Positions 8,240 through 16,467 of a DNA stretch of 64,000 nucleotides are shown here, piece by piece. A program made the position numbers and the translations under genes. Position 1 is the first letter of the stretch. The number at the start of each line of letters is the position of its first letter. The notes below the pieces were generated by a model. The model worked only from the letters and a program-made list of their open reading frames with translations. It was not told where the DNA came from and did no database searches. Source of the stretch: Alphaproteobacteria bacterium (GTDB taxonomy: Bacteria > Pseudomonadota > Alphaproteobacteria > SHVZ01); assembly GCA_041906305.1 (NCBI GenBank), contig JAYRJL010000007.1, forward strand, positions 196,042-260,041, given 5' to 3'.

Positions 8240-9739
8240 TCAGCCGTCCCAGCCGATGCGGTTGATGAAGAAGCTCTCGTTCGGCGTCGGCTTCCAGCGC
8301 AGCTCCTTGCGGGCGCCGTAGAGAATGGCCGCCTGGTAGAGCGGCACCAGCGGCACCGTCGCTTCGGCCAGCTCGTTGGCCTTCTTGTAGTGCGCGATGC
8401 GCTTTGCCTCGTCGAGGGTCGCGCGGCCGGCGTCGAGCTCCGCGTCCATCGCCGGGTTGTTCGACTTCGCCCACTGGCTCTTCGAGTGATAGAGCGGATA
8501 GAGGATGCCGTCGGCGTCCTGGCAGCCGCACGACCAGCGGCTGAAGGTGACCTCGCCGAACTCCTGCGGCGAGGACTGGGCGCGCTTCAGCCAGTTGGCG
8601 AAGTCGCTGGAGGTGATCTCGACCTTGAGGCCGACGTCGCGCAGCATCTGCTGGATCGCGACGACGATGCGCTGGTCGAAGACCGGCGAGGTGAACAGCG
8701 TGAAGGTACCCTGCGCCGGGGCACCGACCGCCTTCAGCAGCTCCTTGGCCTTGTTGGGATCGTAGACCGGACCCTTGAAGCCGTCGGAATATCCGACATG
8801 GACCGGCGACAGCATGGTCGCGACCGGCTTGTCGTAGCCGCCCATCAGGCCGTCGATGATGCCCTGGCGGTCGATCGCCGCGGAGATCGCCTGGCGGACC
8901 CGGAGATCCGAGGTCGGGCCGGTCAGCGAGTTCAGCATGAAGTAGGCGACGCGCTCGCTGAGCACGCTCAACACCTTTGTGTTGGCGTCAGCCTTCAGCT
9001 CCTTGGCGTGGTCGGCGTTGATCGTGACGATGATGTCGGCCTTGCCGGAGCGGAGGTCGGCCATGCGGGTCGCGGCATCGGGCACCGGCCGGAACTCGGC
9101 CGCCGGGAACGCACCCTTCTGGCCCCAGTAGGCGTCGTTGCGCGCGAGCGTCGTCTTCACGCCGCGCTGCTGCGAGCCGAACTTGTAGGCGCCGCTACCG
9201 ACCGGGCCGGCGTTGAAGGCCTCGTTGCCGACCTTCTCGACATGCGCCTTCGGCACGACGCTGAGCTTGGTCAGCTGCGCCATCAGCACCGGGTATACGC
9301 TGTCGGTCTTGAAGCGGATCGTCGTCGGGTTGACGACCTCGGTCGCGACGATCTTGTTGAACTGGTCGAGCTGAGGGCTCTTGAAGGCGGGATCGGTGAT
9401 GCGCTTGACGGTGAAGGCGACGTCGTCGGCTGTCATCGCCGTGCCGTCGTGGAACTTCACGTCGCTGCGCAGCGTGAACTCGATCGTCTTGTCGTCGATC
9501 GCTTTCCAGGAGGTGGCGATCTGCGGGATGATCTTGCCGTCGTCGTCGCGCGTCACGACGTTGTCGAAGATGTTGCGGTAGACCCAGTAGCTGTCCGGGT
9601 TCCATTGGACGTGCGGGTCGAGCGACGCGGGCTCGCTGGCGAGATCGATGACCAGCAGGTCCTTCGCGGCATAGGCTTGTCCGGCGGCGAGCACCGTCGC
9701 GATCGCGGCGGTCCCGAGCCACATCGACAATCGATTCAT
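8240..9739 (-). CDS. ABC transporter substrate-binding protein, family 5 (peptide/nickel/opine type), Sec signal
   Basis: Track ORF 8240..9805 trimmed to ATG 9737-9739 (MNRLSMWLGTAAIATVLAAGQAYA signal peptide), with GGGAGG about 7 nt upstream. 499 aa; family-5 blocks ASEPASLDPH and SWKAIDDKTIEFTLR. Confidence 0.9.
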   Translation of the reverse strand: MNRLSMWLGTAAIATVLAAGQAYAAKDLLVIDLASEPASLDPHVQWNPDSYWVYRNIFDNVVTRDDDGKIIPQIATSWKAIDDKTIEFTLRSDVKFHDGTAMTADDVAFTVKRITDPAFKSPQLDQFNKIVATEVVNPTTIRFKTDSVYPVLMAQLTKLSVVPKAHVEKVGNEAFNAGPVGSGAYKFGSQQRGVKTTLARNDAYWGQKGAFPAAEFRPVPDAATRMADLRSGKADIIVTINADHAKELKADANTKVLSVLSERVAYFMLNSLTGPTSDLRVRQAISAAIDRQGIIDGLMGGYDKPVATMLSPVHVGYSDGFKGPVYDPNKAKELLKAVGAPAQGTFTLFTSPVFDQRIVVAIQQMLRDVGLKVEITSSDFANWLKRAQSSPQEFGEVTFSRWSCGCQDADGILYPLYHSKSQWAKSNNPAMDAELDAGRATLDEAKRIAHYKKANELAEATVPLVPLYQAAILYGARKELRWKPTPNESFFINRIGWDG

Positions 9740-9791
9740 CGTTGAGCCTCCCAGGTTGAACGACATGCCGGCCCCCTGCCGGCCGAGGTGA

Positions 9792-10523
9792 TCACCAGTG
9801 CGCACCCTCCGCCCGATCCGCCGCCTCGGCGGAAGGGGAGACGAGGATCGCGGTCTTGAGCGCGGTCTCCATGATTGCGCGAGAGAGGTGCCGGACCTCC
9901 TCGCGCATCTCGGTTTCGGCGGCAGCGCCGTCGCCGGCGCGGAGCGCGTCGATCAGCGGCCGGTGGTCGTGACGCAGGGCTTCGGCATTACCGCGGAGCA
10001 GGCCGGTGTGATGCAGCACGCGCTCGGTCTCGTCCCACAGCGGCTCGAAGCTGCGTCCGAGGCGGCGGTTGCCGGATGCCATCACGATCGCGAAGTGGAA
10101 CTGGCGATGCGCCTGCAGATAGGTCGCCTCGCTGGCGGCGTCGCCGGAAAGGAAGCCGGCACGGCAGACCGCGTCCAGATGCTCGAGCCGGCTGATCTCG
10201 ACGCGGCCGGCGGCGGCGCGGGAGGCAGCGGGCTCGACGATCAGGCGAAGCTCCAGGACTTCGGTCACGTCGCGCATGGCGACGGGCTTCACCACGTAAC
10301 CGCGGCGGGGAAGGGCGCGCAGCCAGTCGCGGTCGGCGAGACGGGTCAGCGCCATGCGGATCGGTGCCTTGCCGAGCTGGTAGCGCTCGGCGAGTTCGCC
10401 CTCCGACACGCTGGCGCCCGGCTCCAGGCGACAGGCGACGATGTCCGCCTTCATCATCTCGAAGGCGATGTCGCTCTGCCTGGTATCGCCGTCGGCGGGA
10501 AGCGTGCGCGAGATGTCGAGCAT
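9792..10523 (-). CDS. GntR family transcriptional regulator (FadR/FCD subfamily)
   Basis: 243 aa. N-terminal winged-helix block GELAERYQLGKAPIRMALTRLA followed by an all-helical FCD-like C-terminal domain. Confidence 0.88.
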   Translation of the reverse strand: MLDISRTLPADGDTRQSDIAFEMMKADIVACRLEPGASVSEGELAERYQLGKAPIRMALTRLADRDWLRALPRRGYVVKPVAMRDVTEVLELRLIVEPAASRAAAGRVEISRLEHLDAVCRAGFLSGDAASEATYLQAHRQFHFAIVMASGNRRLGRSFEPLWDETERVLHHTGLLRGNAEALRHDHRPLIDALRAGDGAAAETEMREEVRHLSRAIMETALKTAILVSPSAEAADRAEGAHW

Positions 10524-10577
10524 TCGAGCCTGGGAAAGGGCGAGGTGGGACTGGAATTCGAGTATGGTGGCTATGAA

Positions 10578-10609
10578 ATGTCAATTCTGGAATCTGTGAT
10601 GTCAGAATC
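10578..10609. promoter_or_regulatory. candidate operator in the GntR / ubiX divergent region
   Basis: Direct repeat ATGTCA (10578-10583 and 10599-10604). Inverted repeat ATTCTG-N13-CAGAAT (10584-10608). Two GANTC sites (10590-10594 and 10605-10609). Confidence 0.35.
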
Positions 10610-10648
10610 CCCATTGCGCCGGCGGGCACCCTTGGGCCATGTGAGCCG

Positions 10649-11212
10649 GTGCCCAGGAAGTCCTCCCCGAAAGCCGCTCCCAAGCGTCTGATCCTCGCGA
10701 TCACCGGCGCGTCCGGAGCGATATTCGGCATCCGGGCGCTGGAGCGGCTGAAGGACAGGGATGTCGAGACCCACCTGATCCTCTCACCCTCGGCGTTGAG
10801 GACCATAAAAGAGGAGACGGACTACTCGGCGCCCAAGGTCCGCGGGCTGGCGTCCGTCGTGCACAGCTATGAGGACATCGGCGCCTCGATGGCGAGCGGC
10901 TCGTTCCGCACCGCCGGCATGCTGGTGGCGCCCTGCTCGATCAAGACGCTGAGCGGGATCGCCAACTCCTACAACGACAACCTCGTCGTCCGGTCCGCCG
11001 ATGTCTGCCTCAAGGACCGGCGCCGCCTCGTGCTGCTGCTGCGCGAGACTCCACTGCATCTGGGCCACATCGAGCTGATGGAGCGGGCGACCCGCTACGG
11101 CGCGCTGGTGATGCCGCCGGTTCCGGCCTTCCACCTTAAGCCCGGGACGATCGACGAATTCGTCGACCAGATCGTCGACCGCGCCCTCGAACCATTTGGG
11201 CTCGCCGCATGA
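10649..11212 (+). CDS. ubiX: UbiX-family flavin prenyltransferase
   Basis: 187 aa. KRLILAITGASGAIFGIRALE, MLVAPCSIKTLSGIANSY and LLLRETPLH are classic UbiX/Pad1 blocks. GTG start is the only in-frame start before the conserved block. Confidence 0.9.
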   Translation: MPRKSSPKAAPKRLILAITGASGAIFGIRALERLKDRDVETHLILSPSALRTIKEETDYSAPKVRGLASVVHSYEDIGASMASGSFRTAGMLVAPCSIKTLSGIANSYNDNLVVRSADVCLKDRRRLVLLLRETPLHLGHIELMERATRYGALVMPPVPAFHLKPGTIDEFVDQIVDRALEPFGLAA

Positions 11213-11631
11213 TATTCGTCTTTGCAGGGCTGGTTTCCGCGCTCCTCTGCCTGCTGGTCCACTATGAGACGCTGCGGTTCCTTTCGGCCCAGGTGACGAA
11301 GCCGCCACGCGCGCCCCGCCAGCGCATCGTCGCAATCATGATCGGGATTTTCGTCAGCCATCTGATCGAGGTCGGCATCTTCGCGCTCGGGCTGTGGGCG
11401 TCGATGTCGATGAGCGGACGGCAGCTTTTCAACCGCGACATCGAGCACAACTTCCTCGAGGCGCTCTACATCTCGTTCGAGTCCTATGCCTCGCTCGGCA
11501 GCGCCGAGGTGTTTTCGTTCGGGCCGGCGCGTCTGTTCTGCGGAATCGAAGCGGTCTCGGGCCTGCTGCTGATAGGCTGGACCACGGCGTTCACCTATTG
11601 GGCGATGACCGAGCTCTGGCGGGATCATTGA
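11209..11631 (+). CDS. small two-TM ion-channel-like membrane protein (Ion_trans_2-like, degenerate selectivity filter)
   Basis: 140 aa. The ATG overlaps the ubiX stop (ATGA). Layout is hydrophobic helix, pore-helix-like EALYISFESYASLGSAEV, hydrophobic helix. The position of the K+ filter TVGYGD reads SLGSAE. Confidence 0.7.
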   Translation: MIFVFAGLVSALLCLLVHYETLRFLSAQVTKPPRAPRQRIVAIMIGIFVSHLIEVGIFALGLWASMSMSGRQLFNRDIEHNFLEALYISFESYASLGSAEVFSFGPARLFCGIEAVSGLLLIGWTTAFTYWAMTELWRDH

Positions 11632-11635
11632 CCGC

Positions 11636-12523
11636 CTAGAGCTGCACCTCGCCCTTGAGCACAGGCACGCACCCCCCGCCGACCGTGGCACGGATGCCGT
11701 CGGATGCGCGGCGCGCGACGACGCGAAGCAGGCTCGGTCGTCCCATCTCGACGCCCTGGATGATGTCGAAGCTGCGGCTCTCGTCCTTCGTGAACGACAG
11801 CAGCAACGCACCCAGCGGCGCACTCGCGCTGCCGGTCGCCGGATCCTCCCAGGTGCCGGCGATCGGCGCGAACATCCGGGCGCGCAGGCGATTGCCGTCA
11901 CGGGCGTAGAGGAACAGCGAGAAGCGGCCGTTCATTTCGCGATGCGATGAGCACACGCGCCGGAAGGCGCCAAGGTCCGGCGTCGCCTTGGTCAGGGCTA
12001 GGCCGGAGACTTCGGCGAGCACGAACGCGACGCCGACCGAGGCCACCACCGGCTTGTGGGTGGTAACGATGACCTCCGCATGGGCGACGTTCGCGGCCTC
12101 GGCGATCTCTGCCGCCGAGAGCTCGATGCTTAAGGATAGCGGCTGCGGGGCCGCGATCGTGGCCCCGGCGGTCTTGGCGGCGGCATCGCGATCGATCTTC
12201 ACCTCGACCAGGCCGGCCATCTCCTCGAACAGCAGCACGCCGTCCCGGTCTCGACCCTGCTCGGCGAGCACGTAGCCGGTGCCGACATTGGGATGGCCGG
12301 CGAACGGCATCTCGTGCGTGCGGTTGAAGATGCGCACGCGGGCCGTATGCGCCGGATCGTCCGGCGGCAGCACGAAGGTGGTTTCGCTCAGGTTGAACTC
12401 GGCGGCGAGCGACTGCATCTCGGCATCGCTCAAGCCCCGCGCGTCGGGGAACACCGCCAGCTGGTTGCCGCCGAAGCGGCGGTCGGTGAAGACGTCGACG
12501 GTGACGAAGGAGTATGTGCGCAT
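11636..12523 (-). CDS. PhzF family isomerase-like protein
   Basis: 295 aa. VDVFTDRRFGGNQLAV, NLSETTF and DPATGSA are PhzF-family blocks. Confidence 0.88.
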   Translation of the reverse strand: MRTYSFVTVDVFTDRRFGGNQLAVFPDARGLSDAEMQSLAAEFNLSETTFVLPPDDPAHTARVRIFNRTHEMPFAGHPNVGTGYVLAEQGRDRDGVLLFEEMAGLVEVKIDRDAAAKTAGATIAAPQPLSLSIELSAAEIAEAANVAHAEVIVTTHKPVVASVGVAFVLAEVSGLALTKATPDLGAFRRVCSSHREMNGRFSLFLYARDGNRLRARMFAPIAGTWEDPATGSASAPLGALLLSFTKDESRSFDIIQGVEMGRPSLLRVVARRASDGIRATVGGGCVPVLKGEVQL

Positions 12524-12535
12524 TGTCGAGGGCTC

Positions 12536-13243
12536 TCAGGGGCAGCCGAGGGCGTCGGCCAGCGCTTCCAGGCTGTCGACCGCATGATCCCATGTCCGCG
12601 ACGGGGCGAGATCGGTCTTTTGTGCAGGACCGTACTCGCTCGGACGCAATACGAAGGCGGTGCGGAGACCGAGCGCGGCTGCGGCTTCGAGGTCGCCGTT
12701 GTGGGCGGCGACCATCATCACGCGCTCGGGGGCCAAGTCGAGCAGGCGTGCGGCGCCTAGATAGACCTTGGGCTCCGGCTTGTAGCCGTCGAACAGCTCG
12801 CCCGAGAGCACGGTATCCCACGGCAGTCCGGCGCGCTTCGCCATCCGCGTCAGCAGCGCGACGCCGCCGTTCGACAGCGGCGCCAGCAGGAACTTGGCGC
12901 GCAGGCGCCGGAGTCCCGGCACCGTGTCCGGCCACGGATCGAGGCGGTGCCAGACGCGATTGATATGGGCGAGAGTCTTCTCGTCGAGGCCGCCGAGCCC
13001 GAATTTGGGTGCGATGCGATCCAGGGTCTCGCGATGGAGCGTGTCGAGATAGACAAAGGGGCGGCGGCCCGACCGGACCTCCTCCATGGAAGGCCCGTAA
13101 GCGGCGCGCCAGGAATCGGCGAGGCCGACGCCGTCGATCGTCCGGCCCAGGTCGCGGCTCCAGCGCTGCGCCTCGCGGATGATCGAGCCGCGCCAGTCGA
13201 CGCAAGTGCCGAAGACGTCGAAAACCAGCGCATCCACATCCAT
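12536..13243 (-). CDS. HAD-superfamily hydrolase, type II haloacid dehalogenase-like
   Basis: 235 aa. Nucleophile motif LVFDVFGTCVDW, SNG block and AAHNGDL. GGAGGGG SD 7 nt upstream. Confidence 0.85.
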   Translation of the reverse strand: MDVDALVFDVFGTCVDWRGSIIREAQRWSRDLGRTIDGVGLADSWRAAYGPSMEEVRSGRRPFVYLDTLHRETLDRIAPKFGLGGLDEKTLAHINRVWHRLDPWPDTVPGLRRLRAKFLLAPLSNGGVALLTRMAKRAGLPWDTVLSGELFDGYKPEPKVYLGAARLLDLAPERVMMVAAHNGDLEAAAALGLRTAFVLRPSEYGPAQKTDLAPSRTWDHAVDSLEALADALGCP

Positions 13244-13390
13244 GTCGATCCCCTCCGATGGCGCGGATCGTAGCCTGTTTTTTGAGCAGATCGCGAAGCC
13301 CTGCTCCGAAAGTCGGGGGGTGATTTTCCGGTTCTTGTCCGGTTATCATACAACCCAATAAGAAGGCTTCAGGCGCGTCAGGGAGGAGCG

Positions 13391-14377
13391 GTGTATCTCG
13401 GGACCCAGGTCAAGGCCCGCGACGACGGCGACTATCGCGTCTGGGCGCAGCTCGGCGTGCGCAATCTCTGCGCCGATCCCGACGGCAACCCGCATCACTG
13501 GTCTCTCGACATCCTGAACCGCCATCGCGAGAAGGTCGAAGGCTTCGGCCTCGTCCTCGACATGGTGCAGCTGCCGATGAACTCGCGGCCGATCGAGGAG
13601 CAGGAGAGCCCCGACGTCCTGACCGCCGGCCCCGATCGCGACCGCCAGCTCGATTCCATCTGCGCGCTGATCGAGCGTCTGGCGAAGGCCGGCATCCCGG
13701 CGGCCAAGTACAACCTCAACATCATCGGCATCCCGCGGACCCAGCATTCGATCGGCCGTGGCGGCTCGCGCAACGAGTCCTTCCGCTGGGCCGAGGCCGA
13801 CCAGAACGCCAAGCCCGGCATCGCCGGCGTCGTCGACCCGGAAGAGAACTGGGCGCGGATCGAATACTTCCTGAAGCGCGTGGTGCCGGTCGCGACAGCG
13901 AACAAGGTCCGGCTCGCCTGCCACCCGCACGATCCCTATACGCCGCCGGGCTGGAAAGGCGTCACGCGCGTGCTCGGCACGGTCGAAGGCTTGAAGCGCT
14001 TCATCCAGATCGAGGAAAGCCCGTATCACGGCCTCAACTTCTGCCAGGGGACGATCGGCGAGATGCTCGACGATCCGGCGAAGGAGGTCGGCGCGGTGAT
14101 CGAGTGGTTCGGCAGCCGCGGCAAGATCTTCAACGTCCACTTCCGCAACATCCGCGGCCGCAAGCTCGACTTCATGGAGACCTTTCCCGACGAAGGCGAC
14201 ATGGACATGCCGGCGGCGCTCCGGCTCTATCGGGACGCCGGCTACAAGTACATGATCATGCCGGACCACGTGCCGATCATCGACGGCAAGGACCCGCAGG
14301 GCGTCGCCTTCGCCTATTGCTACGGCTACATCGCCGCCTTGCTGCAGACTTTGGACGCAGAGAAACGCGCGGTTTGA
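13391..14377 (+). CDS. mannonate dehydratase-like (UxuA family, short form)
   Basis: 328 aa, GTG start with GGGAGGAG upstream. UxuA-like blocks CHPHDPYTPPG and NFCQGTIGEM. Shorter than the canonical ~394 aa UxuA, so the substrate is uncertain. Confidence 0.8.
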   Translation: MYLGTQVKARDDGDYRVWAQLGVRNLCADPDGNPHHWSLDILNRHREKVEGFGLVLDMVQLPMNSRPIEEQESPDVLTAGPDRDRQLDSICALIERLAKAGIPAAKYNLNIIGIPRTQHSIGRGGSRNESFRWAEADQNAKPGIAGVVDPEENWARIEYFLKRVVPVATANKVRLACHPHDPYTPPGWKGVTRVLGTVEGLKRFIQIEESPYHGLNFCQGTIGEMLDDPAKEVGAVIEWFGSRGKIFNVHFRNIRGRKLDFMETFPDEGDMDMPAALRLYRDAGYKYMIMPDHVPIIDGKDPQGVAFAYCYGYIAALLQTLDAEKRAV

Positions 14378-14448
14378 CAGACCGCCGGAGCACGCTTCAT
14401 TCTGGCTTTAAACGAGCGCTTAGCGGCGCAGCGAAAATGGAGGAAACG

Positions 14449-16407
14449 ATGGCACGTAAACGCAACACTCCCGGCGGCCTGAAGCTCACCCGCCGCCAGC
14501 TGATGGCCGGCGCCGGCGGCATGGCCGCGACCAGCCTGGTTTCGTGGGGCGCCTCGGCGCAGGGCACAGCGAAAGAAGCGCCCGAGTTCGTCCAGGCCGT
14601 CGCCGACAAGAAGCTGCCGGCGCTCGCCGAGCGCCTGCCGAAGATCCCGCTGGTGGTGCAGCCGGTCGAGCGCGTCGGCCGCTACGGCGGCCAGATCCGC
14701 CGCGGCCTTCGCGGTTCCGCCGACCACAACGGTATCCTGCGCATGGTCGGCAACCAGGGCCTGACCCGCTGGAACATGGAATTCACCGACGTGCTGCCGG
14801 GCGTCGCGCACAAGTGGGACGTGAACGCCGAGAACAACGAGTTCACCTTCCATCTGCGTCCGGGCATGAAGTGGTCGGATGGCCACCCGTTCACCGCCGA
14901 CGACATCGTGTTCGTGTTCGAGGACTGCCTCGCCAACACCGAGCTCTACAAGTCGCCGCCGGCGCTTTGGACGATCAACGGCAAGATGTGCAAGGTGACG
15001 AAGGTCGACGACGTCACCGTGAAGTTCACCTTCGACGGCCCCTACGGCATGTTCCTGCAGCAGGTGGCGACGCCGCTCGGACAGCACCCGACGCTGTTCC
15101 CGAAGCACTACTGCTCGAAGTTCCATCCGAAATACGCGAACAACACGGCGGACCTCGCCAAGGCGGCGAACGTGCCGGACTGGGGCTCGCTGTTCCGGCT
15201 CCGCTGCGGCGACATCGAGATCCCGTCGCGCTGGGGCAACCCCGAGAAGCCGACGCTCGATCCGTGGACCATTGCCGAGCCCTACACCGGCGGCGCCACG
15301 CGCGTCGTGCTGAAGCGCAACCCTTATTTCTGGCAGGTCGACACCGAGGGTAATCAGCTGCCCTACGTCGACGGCATCGTCTTCGGCATCGCCCAGGACG
15401 TCGAGTCGCTGATGCTCGACGTCGTGTCGGGCAAGATCGACATCCAGGAGCGTCACATCGATACGCTCCAGAACAAGCCCACGGTCGCCCAGTCGGCGCA
15501 GAAGGGCAACTACCGGCTGTTCGAGACGATCAACGCCAACAGCCAGCAGATGTCGATCTATCCGAACCTCTGCCACAAGGACCCGGTGATCCGCGCGATC
15601 CTCAACAACAAGGATTTCCGCATCGCGCTCAGCCACGCGATCAACCGCCAGGAGATCATCGACATCGTCTATCTCGGGCAGTCGGAGCCCTGGCAGTTCG
15701 GTCCGCGGCCGACGCATCCCTGGTATCACGAGAAGTACGGGCGCCAGTTCACCGAATACGATCCGAAGAAGTCGAACGAGCTCCTCGACAAGCTCGGATA
15801 CACGCGGCGCGACAGCCAGAACTTCCGGCTCCGCCCGGACGGACAGAAGCTGTTCTTCGCCGTCGACGTGATCCCGACGCTCTATCCCGACGAAGTCGAC
15901 TCGCTCGAGCTGATCAAGCGGCACTGGGCGGCGATCGGCGTCGACATCAAGATCAACACGATCGAGCGCGCCCTCTACTACACGCGCGGCGACAACAACG
16001 ACCACGACTTCGCGGTCTGGCCGGGGCCGGGCGGCCTGGAGCCGATGATCGACGCCCGCGACTGGGTCTCGATCCATCCCCAGGGTTCGCGCTTCGGCAT
16101 TCCGTGGGCGGAGTGGTACGTCAGCAACGGCAAGGGCGGGCAGGAGCCGCCGGAGAACCACAAGCGCCGCATGAAGCTCTATGACGAGGCGCGCTCGACC
16201 TCCGACGTCGCCAAGCAGCACGTCAAGATGAAGGAGGTCTTCGACCTCGCGGCCGATGCGTTCGACGCGATGGGCATCTGCCTGGCACCGAACCTGTTCG
16301 GCATCGCCTCCAACCGCCTCCGCAACGTGCCGGCCAAGATGCCGGCGGCCTGGTCGTGGCCCAACCCGGGTCCGTCCATGCCGCAGCAGTACTACTTCTC
16401 GAGCTAA
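14449..16407 (+). CDS. ABC transporter substrate-binding protein, family 5, Tat-type signal
   Basis: Track ORF 14104..16407 trimmed to ATG 14449 (MARKRNTPGGLKLTRRQLMAGAGG...), with GGAGGA 5 nt upstream; ATG 14437 is the alternative. 652 aa; twin-arginine motif RRQLM. Confidence 0.88.
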   Translation: MARKRNTPGGLKLTRRQLMAGAGGMAATSLVSWGASAQGTAKEAPEFVQAVADKKLPALAERLPKIPLVVQPVERVGRYGGQIRRGLRGSADHNGILRMVGNQGLTRWNMEFTDVLPGVAHKWDVNAENNEFTFHLRPGMKWSDGHPFTADDIVFVFEDCLANTELYKSPPALWTINGKMCKVTKVDDVTVKFTFDGPYGMFLQQVATPLGQHPTLFPKHYCSKFHPKYANNTADLAKAANVPDWGSLFRLRCGDIEIPSRWGNPEKPTLDPWTIAEPYTGGATRVVLKRNPYFWQVDTEGNQLPYVDGIVFGIAQDVESLMLDVVSGKIDIQERHIDTLQNKPTVAQSAQKGNYRLFETINANSQQMSIYPNLCHKDPVIRAILNNKDFRIALSHAINRQEIIDIVYLGQSEPWQFGPRPTHPWYHEKYGRQFTEYDPKKSNELLDKLGYTRRDSQNFRLRPDGQKLFFAVDVIPTLYPDEVDSLELIKRHWAAIGVDIKINTIERALYYTRGDNNDHDFAVWPGPGGLEPMIDARDWVSIHPQGSRFGIPWAEWYVSNGKGGQEPPENHKRRMKLYDEARSTSDVAKQHVKMKEVFDLAADAFDAMGICLAPNLFGIASNRLRNVPAKMPAAWSWPNPGPSMPQQYYFSS

Positions 16408-16414
16408 GGAGAAT

Positions 16415-16457
16415 GACCGGCGCGCCGCCTCCCTGAAGGGAAGGTGGCGCGCCGGTC
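16415..16457 (+). promoter_or_regulatory. intercistronic stem-loop between the SBP and first permease gene
   Basis: Perfect 12-bp arms GACCGGCGCGCC (16415-16426) and GGCGCGCCGGTC (16446-16457) around a 19-nt loop that can pair further. 8 nt after the SBP stop and 10 nt before the permease ATG. Confidence 0.6.
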
Positions 16458-16467
16458 GCGTTTCTGC

